A stretch of DNA of 64,000 nucleotides. Origin: Candidatus Latescibacterota bacterium. Its GTDB lineage: Bacteria; Latescibacterota; UBA2968. Within the stretch, counting starts at the first letter, position 1, and each line of letters opens with the position of its first letter. Positions 57,384 through 64,000 of the stretch are shown here, piece after piece. The stretch covers positions 5,824,001 to 5,888,000 of the forward strand of contig OZ241986.1 of assembly GCA_965204375.1 (NCBI GenBank), given 5' to 3'. A program made the translations under genes and the position numbers. Below the pieces are notes generated by a model, which did no database searches, had not been told where the DNA came from, and was given only the letters and a program-made list of their open reading frames with translations.

Positions 57384-58454
57384 TTGCCTACTATTGTCCT
57401 CATTGGCGGGGGTACTGCCGGGCATGTTACGCCAAATATCGCGCTGTTGCCCGGTTTGCGCGATGCTGGATACGATGTGCATTATATCGGTACGCGGGAC
57501 GGTATAGAGAGAGAACTGATCGCACGGGAGGGCATTTCCTATTACGCGGTTCCCGCAGGCAAACTCCGCCGCTATCTGGACTGGCAAAATTTTACCGATC
57601 TCGCTCGCATTAAGTTTGGGTTTCTCAAGTCGCTGTTGATTCTCGTTCGTATCAGGCCCGATATCGTTTTTAGTAAGGGGGGATTTGTTACGCCGCCCAT
57701 TATCTGGGCTGCGTGGTTGCTGGGCATTCCCGTCGTGTGTCACGAATCGGATCTCACGCCGGGGTTAGCCAATAAGCTCTCTCTTCCGTTTGCCCGACGC
57801 ATTTGCTATGCTTTTGCCGAGACTGCCAAATATTTGCCTGCTGGCAAAGCGGTTCATACGGGTATTCCGGTTCGCGCAGAACTGGCAAATGGCGATGCTC
57901 AAAAAGGGCGCGGTTTGTGCGCTTTTACGTCCGAGAAACCCGTTATTCTCATTATGGGAGGTAGCCTGGGATCGCGTGCGATTAATGAGGCAGTTCGCGC
58001 CGCACTTCCCGATTTGCTTGTCGATTACCAGATTTGTCATTTGTGTGGGCAGGGCAATCTCGACTCTACTTTCGATCAGATCGAAGGTTACGCGCAGTTT
58101 GAATATGTCGCGGATGACTTGCCCCATCTTTTTGCGGCGACCGATTTTATTGTTTCTCGCGCTGGTGCTACCACACTTTTTGAATTTCTTTCGCTCCAAA
58201 AACCCGCGCTTTTGATTCCCCTTTCCCTGCAAGCCAGTCGCGGAGATCAGATCGATAATGCCGAGGCATTTCGAAATGCCGGTTATGGCCTTGTTCTCTC
58301 AGAAGATGGTCTCACGCCCGACGCGCTTTGCAAAGCTATCCGCGATTTGTGCGATCAGAGCGACGCGCTTCGTCAATCTATGTCCGAGTGGGGTGGACGG
58401 GACGCTATTGCGGAGATCCTTTCAATTCTCGCCGATTGTCTGAATAAGAATTGA
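57384..58454 (+). CDS. murG: Undecaprenyldiphospho-muramoylpentapeptide beta-N-acetylglucosaminyltransferase
   Basis: GGGTAGHV, SKGGFV, HESD..PGLANK, GGSLG, SRAG and DQ..NA. Confidence 0.95.
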   Translation: MPTIVLIGGGTAGHVTPNIALLPGLRDAGYDVHYIGTRDGIERELIAREGISYYAVPAGKLRRYLDWQNFTDLARIKFGFLKSLLILVRIRPDIVFSKGGFVTPPIIWAAWLLGIPVVCHESDLTPGLANKLSLPFARRICYAFAETAKYLPAGKAVHTGIPVRAELANGDAQKGRGLCAFTSEKPVILIMGGSLGSRAINEAVRAALPDLLVDYQICHLCGQGNLDSTFDQIEGYAQFEYVADDLPHLFAATDFIVSRAGATTLFEFLSLQKPALLIPLSLQASRGDQIDNAEAFRNAGYGLVLSEDGLTPDALCKAIRDLCDQSDALRQSMSEWGGRDAIAEILSILADCLNKN

Positions 58455-60430
58455 GTATTATGGCACAAGAAAGACATCCATCTGTTGCACCCACCCGGTT
58501 TGTAAGAGAAGCCGTTACGCTGAAGGCCATTTTGGTCGGCATTGTGGTTATTCTCCTATCCGAAGCCTATATCACCTGGGGCATGATGCATCTGGCTTCT
58601 CGCATGAATAAGTCCTATCTGCCGATGGGGCTGTTTTTTGTGTATGTGGTTCTGGTTTTGACAAATATCGCGTTTGACCGGGCGAAGAGCAGATGGGCAC
58701 TTTCGCAGGCTGAGTTGCAGGTTGCGCTCGGTATGGGTTTGATTGGGGCGTTTTTCCCATTTTTTGGTCTGGCGAGTTTTTTGCCTACGGTGATTGCGGC
58801 GCCCTTTTATCTGGATACGCCGGAGAATGGCTGGCGCGAGCTTTTGCACGAGCATATTCCCAAGTGGATTGTGTTGCATAATGAAGATGGGGCAGCAACG
58901 CTGTTTTACGAGGGTCTTGCCCCGCATCAGTCGATTCCATGGGGCGCGTGGGTGGTGCCGCTTTTCTGGTGGGGATCATTGATCTGCGCTATTGGGTGGC
59001 TGACGTTGTGTATTATGGTGATTTTGCGGAAGCAGTGGGTGGAAAATGAGCGGTTGGAATATCCGCTGATGAATGTGAGTATTAAGATGGCTGCTGGGTC
59101 AGATGATGCCGAGGGCATCGCGCATATGGTTCGACAGCGGGGATTTAAGGTTGGCTGTTTCTTAGGTGCTATGGCTGTTTTGTGGAATATTGTGACCTTT
59201 TTTTATCCTCTGATACCGCGTTTGCCCACGACGCCGAATGCCGCCAGTTGGTTGCGCTGGATGGAGGGCGCACCGACGTTCTGGGTGCAGATCAGTATTT
59301 ATATTATCGGCTTTGCGTATTTCGCGCGTGTGGAGGCGCTGTTCAGTTTTTGGGTGTTTTTTGTTTTGACGGGTATTGAGATGTCTGTGTTTGACCGCCT
59401 CGGTGTGGGGTCTTCTGTTGGGCAGGGCGGGTTGGAGGCGGTTCGGTCTCAGAGTTTTGGCGCGTTTGTGATGATTGTTCTGGTGAGTTTGTGGATGTCG
59501 CGAGGTCATTTGAAGGCGGTGTTTCGAAAAGCTTTTAAGGGTGATGCTGAGGTGGATGATTCGCGGGAGGTGTTGTCTTATCGGACAGCGGTGTTTGGGA
59601 TGTTGATTGGGTTGCTTTATGTGGGTGGGTGGTTGCATTTGGCGGGTATGGAATTGAAGGTGCTGGTGCTGTATATGTTTTTTGCCCTAACTGCCTATAT
59701 CGGATTGTCCCGGATTGTGGCTGAGATGGGGTTGCCTTATGCGAATATTTCGGATACGGCACTGAATTTTGCGCCTATTTATATTTTGGGGTCGCGTGCG
59801 ATTTCAGCACCTTCTATGGTGAGTCAGGGTTTTATCTATGCCCTGTTTGCTACGACGCGCGGGTTTCTCGGTCCACCTCTGGCGCAGACGCTGAAGTTGA
59901 CGAGTGGGTTGAAGTTTCGGCGCAATCGCTTGATCGGTGCGATTGCGATTGCACTGATGCTGGGATTTGTGGGATCTATCGGCGATACGGTTTATACTGC
60001 TTATCGGCACGGTGGCTACAATCTGGGAGGGTTGACGAGGGTGGCGGGCGTCCGGAATAATTATCAAAGAGCCGTGACATGGATCCGCAATCTCCAACCG
60101 CCGGATTGGGATAGGCTTACGTTTGCCGGATCTGGGATGGTGATTGTGTTGTTGTTGACTTTTTTGCGATACAACTTTATCTGGTGGCCTTTGCCCGCTG
60201 TTGGTCTGGCGCTGCAAGGTATGTACATGGCACGTCGTCTGGTGTTTCCGGTTTTTATGGTGTGGGTCTATAAGTCGCTTATTCTGAAGTTTGGGGGTGT
60301 GGCAATGTACCGCAGGGGGCAGCCGTTTTTTATCGGTTTGATGGTGGGCTATGCTTTTGCGGTGTTTTTCTCGACGTTGATCGATCATATCTTTTTTTAT
60401 GGGCACGGTCATGTCGTGCATGATTTTTGA
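58451..60430 (+). CDS. DUF6785/DUF6784 multi-pass membrane protein (putative peptide transporter)
   Basis: W..W..P...W, LRKQW..NERL.YP, WWP....G and PFFIGL..G. Confidence 0.75.
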   Translation: MSIMAQERHPSVAPTRFVREAVTLKAILVGIVVILLSEAYITWGMMHLASRMNKSYLPMGLFFVYVVLVLTNIAFDRAKSRWALSQAELQVALGMGLIGAFFPFFGLASFLPTVIAAPFYLDTPENGWRELLHEHIPKWIVLHNEDGAATLFYEGLAPHQSIPWGAWVVPLFWWGSLICAIGWLTLCIMVILRKQWVENERLEYPLMNVSIKMAAGSDDAEGIAHMVRQRGFKVGCFLGAMAVLWNIVTFFYPLIPRLPTTPNAASWLRWMEGAPTFWVQISIYIIGFAYFARVEALFSFWVFFVLTGIEMSVFDRLGVGSSVGQGGLEAVRSQSFGAFVMIVLVSLWMSRGHLKAVFRKAFKGDAEVDDSREVLSYRTAVFGMLIGLLYVGGWLHLAGMELKVLVLYMFFALTAYIGLSRIVAEMGLPYANISDTALNFAPIYILGSRAISAPSMVSQGFIYALFATTRGFLGPPLAQTLKLTSGLKFRRNRLIGAIAIALMLGFVGSIGDTVYTAYRHGGYNLGGLTRVAGVRNNYQRAVTWIRNLQPPDWDRLTFAGSGMVIVLLLTFLRYNFIWWPLPAVGLALQGMYMARRLVFPVFMVWVYKSLILKFGGVAMYRRGQPFFIGLMVGYAFAVFFSTLIDHIFFYGHGHVVHDF

Positions 60431-60465
60431 GGACAAGGGATCTCTATAACCAATAGGAGCGAATA

Positions 60466-61362
60466 ATGGGAAAGAAACGGATTAACAGATGTATTGAGCT
60501 TCTCGAGCAGGGCGAGTATCTCTATTATACGGGTGCTGGCCCTCTTACTTATGCGAATGGGAAGAAGCAGGCAAAGACGTGGGCGGATTTTTTGATGGTG
60601 GATTACGAGCATAGTCCGTTTGATGTGGTTGGTCTTCGCGCGTTTATGCAGGGGCTGGTGGATGGCGGTCCCACAAATTCGGGGCATCGCACGCCGACTG
60701 TGTTTGCGACGCTGCCGTCCAATTGTCGTACCGTGCATGAGGTTCGCGCCAATGCGTGGCAGATCAGGCATGTTTTGAGTTCGGGGGTGCACGGTATTTT
60801 GCATACCCATGCGCGGCAGGCCGATGCGGTGAGGGCGTTTGTCGAGGAGTGCAGGTATCCCTTTCAGACAGCCGGGCTGGATCGCGGGCTGGTGCAGGGG
60901 CAGCGCGGGGCGGGCGGTCAGGGATATGCCGCGGGGATCTGGGGTCTCAAGGGTCCGGAGTACACGCAGGTAGCGGATCCGTGGCCGCTGAATCCAGATG
61001 GGGAGTTGATGCTGGGTCTTAAAATTGAGGATCGGGAGTGCGTTGCGAATGCCGAGTATATATGCAAGGTGCCGGGTCTGGCATTTGCAGAGTGGGGACC
61101 GGGGGATATGGGTATGTCTTACGGTTTTGCCGATGCACACGATCCACCGTATCCGCCGGTTATGGAGGAGGCTCGAAGTATTGTGAAGGGTGCGTGTGAT
61201 GAGAATGGAATTCATTTTTTGTGTTCGTGGAAGGATTCTTCGAAGAGTGCGGAGGAAAATATTCGGTTTTTGATGGATTGGGGCGTCAGGATTCTCTCTG
61301 GCGGTGGAGAAGATCAGGCGCGTATTGGTCGCGCAATTTCGGGTAGGCAGATGCCTGTGTGA
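60466..61362 (+). CDS. HpcH/HpaI aldolase/citrate lyase family protein
   Basis: DYEH, GLKIED and EWGPGDM. Confidence 0.85.
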   Translation: MGKKRINRCIELLEQGEYLYYTGAGPLTYANGKKQAKTWADFLMVDYEHSPFDVVGLRAFMQGLVDGGPTNSGHRTPTVFATLPSNCRTVHEVRANAWQIRHVLSSGVHGILHTHARQADAVRAFVEECRYPFQTAGLDRGLVQGQRGAGGQGYAAGIWGLKGPEYTQVADPWPLNPDGELMLGLKIEDRECVANAEYICKVPGLAFAEWGPGDMGMSYGFADAHDPPYPPVMEEARSIVKGACDENGIHFLCSWKDSSKSAEENIRFLMDWGVRILSGGGEDQARIGRAISGRQMPV

Positions 61363-61462
61363 AAGTATCCGCAGATGAACGCAGATGGACGCAGATGAAA
61401 TGCAAGTATCCTTCGTGTCCTTTGTGTCCTTCGTGGATATTCAATCAGGCAGATGCCTGTGT
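61345..61462. repeat. Short repeat-rich insert flanked by a 16-bp direct repeat
   Basis: AGGCAGATGCCTGTGT at 61345 and 61447 encloses three CGCAGATG units and three CCTT(C/T)GTG units. Confidence 0.8.
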
Positions 61463-61478
61463 AAGTGAGGAGAGGCCA

Positions 61479-62918
61479 ATGGCAAAGAAGCCCAATATTC
61501 TGTTCATTTTTAGCGATCAACACCGTCACGATGTGCTGGGCTGCGCCGGGCATCCGCTGGTCCAGACGCCGAATCTGGATCGACTGTCGGATTGGGGTAT
61601 GCGTTTTGAGCGGACGTGGACGCAGTGTCCGGTTTGTATGCCGTGCAGGGCTACGATGATTACGGGGCGATATACGCATGAGTTGGGGTTTACGTCTAAT
61701 GTTACGGCTGATCGCGGGGATACGGTTGCGGATAGTCCTTTCAAGCCCGCGTGGCCGACGATTATGAAGCAGTTGCAGGGTGGGGGGTATGAGACTGCGT
61801 CGATTGGCAAGACGCACTATCACAGCCGGCCCGGTTCTCTGGGGGCGGGAGAGCGCGGGGAGAGTTTTGATACGCGGCAGTTTGGGGACTTTGTGAAGGG
61901 TTTTGGGTGGGATTATGTGATGGAGGAATACGACCGGTATGGACACGTTCAGAGCCATGTGAAAAGTCCGTATATGGATTTTCTCGAAGGGCGAGGTCTC
62001 CTAAAGGCGCATCAGGAGCAGATTAAGGGGATTTACAGACTTACGCCCACGCACTGGCGGGGCGAGACGAGTGTGTTGCCGCAAGAATGCGAGTTGTCCA
62101 GTTTTATTGCCGATCACGCGATGGATTGGCTGAAGTCGCGCGATTCTGAGAAGCCGTTTTATCTTCATCTGGGTTTTGTGCAGCCGCATGTTCCGCTGAT
62201 GGATGATCCGATTTGGGCGGCTTATTATGCAGATGCGGATATCGAATTGCCCGATATGACGATGCCGCGAGCTACGAATGAGATTTGGGCAGAAAAGGTC
62301 AAACGGCTCAAAAGGCATTCTCAGGTTCAGACGATGACGGATGATTTTGTGCGGGAGGGTATCAGGCATTATCTGGGTGCTGTTTCTCTGGTGGATCAGA
62401 AGATTGGCGAGGTGATTGATACGCTGGATGCGTTGGGGGAACTTGATAATACGTGGATTATTTACAGCGCGGACCACGGCGAGATGCTCGGCGAACATCA
62501 TTTGTGGGCAAAGCACTGTTTTTACGAGGGGTCGGTTCAGGTTCCGCTGATTGTCAGTCCGCCGGATCGCAAGAGCAGAGGGGTTTGCAGCGATCTCACG
62601 CAGTTGATCGATGTGGTTTCGACAATTGCAGATATCGGGCAGGTCGCACCGCCAGAGGGTGCTCGTGGGCAATCACTGTTGCCGATGTTGGAATGCGGTT
62701 CGGGTGGATATGAGTACGTGTTTTCGACGATTGAGGATTGGACCGGGGTACGGAATGAGGATTATCGCTTTACGCTGCATGTTCCAACGGGGACGCCCTG
62801 TGAGCTGTACGATCTGGCAAGAGATCCGGGTGAATTGAATAATTGTGTGGAAGATCCCGCATATCGAAAGATCGTGGCGCAACTCAAAGCGGTCGTTTTG
62901 GACCATCGCGCAGGTTGA
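61479..62918 (+). CDS. Sulfatase (formylglycine-dependent S1 family)
   Basis: PNILFIFSDQH, CMPCR (CxPxR), GKTH, PH.P, DHG and ELYDL..DP.E. Confidence 0.95.
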   Translation: MAKKPNILFIFSDQHRHDVLGCAGHPLVQTPNLDRLSDWGMRFERTWTQCPVCMPCRATMITGRYTHELGFTSNVTADRGDTVADSPFKPAWPTIMKQLQGGGYETASIGKTHYHSRPGSLGAGERGESFDTRQFGDFVKGFGWDYVMEEYDRYGHVQSHVKSPYMDFLEGRGLLKAHQEQIKGIYRLTPTHWRGETSVLPQECELSSFIADHAMDWLKSRDSEKPFYLHLGFVQPHVPLMDDPIWAAYYADADIELPDMTMPRATNEIWAEKVKRLKRHSQVQTMTDDFVREGIRHYLGAVSLVDQKIGEVIDTLDALGELDNTWIIYSADHGEMLGEHHLWAKHCFYEGSVQVPLIVSPPDRKSRGVCSDLTQLIDVVSTIADIGQVAPPEGARGQSLLPMLECGSGGYEYVFSTIEDWTGVRNEDYRFTLHVPTGTPCELYDLARDPGELNNCVEDPAYRKIVAQLKAVVLDHRAG

Positions 62919-62929
62919 GGTCTGTACAG

Positions 62930-64000
62930 ATGAGTGAACAGGCAGAGATATTGATTGTTGGCGGTGGGGCTATCGGTGTTTGCTCGGCTTATTATTTGAA
63001 TGCTGCGGGTAGAGATGTCGCGCTGGTTGATAAGGGCGATATTTGTTCGGGGTGTTCGTATGGGAATGGGGGGCTTGTTGTGCCGAGTCACAGCATGCCG
63101 CTGTCCGCTCCTGGGGTGGTGTCGCAAAGCCTGAAGTGGATGTTGAATCCGGAGAGTCCGTTTTATATTAAGCCGCGTTTGGACCGGGATTTGATTTCCT
63201 GGTTGTGGCATTTTCGCCGTGCGTGCAATGAGAAGCATGTTGTGAGGGCAACGCCTGTTATTCGAGCGATGAATATGGCGAGTGTGGCGTTGTTTGAAGA
63301 GATGGCATCGCTTGAGGGTATGGATTTTGGGTTTGAAAAGAGGGGGACGATTACGGCGTATAGAACCGAGAGGGGTTTGGCAAAGGCGGTTAAAGATGCG
63401 GGTTTTTTGTCGGAGATGGGGGTTGAGACACGGGTTCTCAATGCCGATGAGATTGTGGGATTAAATCCCGGGGTTCGGATACGGGTGCTTGGGGGGATAT
63501 TTTTTCCCGAGGATGCCCATCTCGTGCCGCATCGCTTTGTGCGTGGGTTGGCGGAGTATGTCGGTGGAAAGGGTGTTCGGATCCATAGGGAGACAGAGGT
63601 TCTGGGGTTTGAGATTTCGCGCGGTCGCGTGGTTGCGGTGAAGACGACTCGGGGTGATTTTCGGGCGGAGCACGTTATTTTGGCAGGCGGGTCGTGGTCG
63701 CCTGTGATTGCCAGGGATCTTCATATCAATCTGCCGATTCAACCTGCCAAGGGGTATAGTATTACTTTTAAGCGGCCTGATGTTTGCCCGATAACGCCAT
63801 TTTCTCTGGGGGAAGCAAAGGTCGGTATTACGCCTATGGGAGATATGCTGCGGTTTGCGGGTACGCTTGAATTGGCAGGTCTCGATTTTTCGATTAACGA
63901 GCGGCGCGTGCAGGCTATTCTCAAGGCTGTGCCCGAGTATTTTCCCGATTTGAATCCCGATTATCTCGAGATGATAGAAACCTGGTGCGGTTTGCGGCCC
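62930..64000 (+). CDS. FAD-dependent D-amino acid dehydrogenase (DadA-like), running off the window end
   Basis: MSEQAEILIVGGGAIG, GCSYGNGG, IQPAKGYS, LRFAGTLE and WCGLRP. Confidence 0.9.
   Translation, partial: MSEQAEILIVGGGAIGVCSAYYLNAAGRDVALVDKGDICSGCSYGNGGLVVPSHSMPLSAPGVVSQSLKWMLNPESPFYIKPRLDRDLISWLWHFRRACNEKHVVRATPVIRAMNMASVALFEEMASLEGMDFGFEKRGTITAYRTERGLAKAVKDAGFLSEMGVETRVLNADEIVGLNPGVRIRVLGGIFFPEDAHLVPHRFVRGLAEYVGGKGVRIHRETEVLGFEISRGRVVAVKTTRGDFRAEHVILAGGSWSPVIARDLHINLPIQPAKGYSITFKRPDVCPITPFSLGEAKVGITPMGDMLRFAGTLELAGLDFSINERRVQAILKAVPEYFPDLNPDYLEMIETWCGLRP

Noticed and set aside
61359-61478. Cys-containing N-terminal extension of the sulfatase
   Set aside because: It is a translation of the intergenic repeat; an RBS and ATG sit at 61479.
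1-64000. tRNA, rRNA, integrase or prophage structural genes
   Set aside because: None recognised by eye; a tRNAscan or Infernal run would be needed to exclude small RNAs.

Overview
Bacterial genomic window. Four GWxTD-TPR proteins, three PhyH-family dioxygenases, a sulfatase, ankyrin repeats and an EF-hand/dockerin-like domain suggest a Latescibacterota/Gemmatimonadota-like lineage, possibly a sponge symbiont; this is inference only. From left to right it holds: the end of an IS256 element; a damaged C39-PCAT/HlyD/PPIase peptide-export cluster with a candidate GG-leader precursor (0.2-8.7 kb); a minus-strand run of GWxTD and metabolic genes; a visibly more AT-rich defence island (19-31.8 kb); more metabolic genes with an inserted ATPase plus nuclease-like pair; PBP1A; broken vWA and FGE-sulfatase fragments around an AT-rich insert; a local duplication; murG; a transporter, aldolase and sulfatase; and a truncated DadA-like gene. 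The main candidate new system is a five-gene operon flanked by a 53-bp direct repeat. It encodes a YaaA/DpdC-like domain fused to a DpdA 7-deazaguanine DNA transglycosylase, followed by NurA, HerA, UvrD and an Fe-S PD-(D/E)XK nuclease, with none of the canonical dpdB or dpdD-K genes. Its leader overlaps a predicted structured antisense small RNA, and it lies next to an ankyrin-fused DarT1/NADAR pair. All family calls come from motif recognition by eye; no database search was run, so novelty is unverified.
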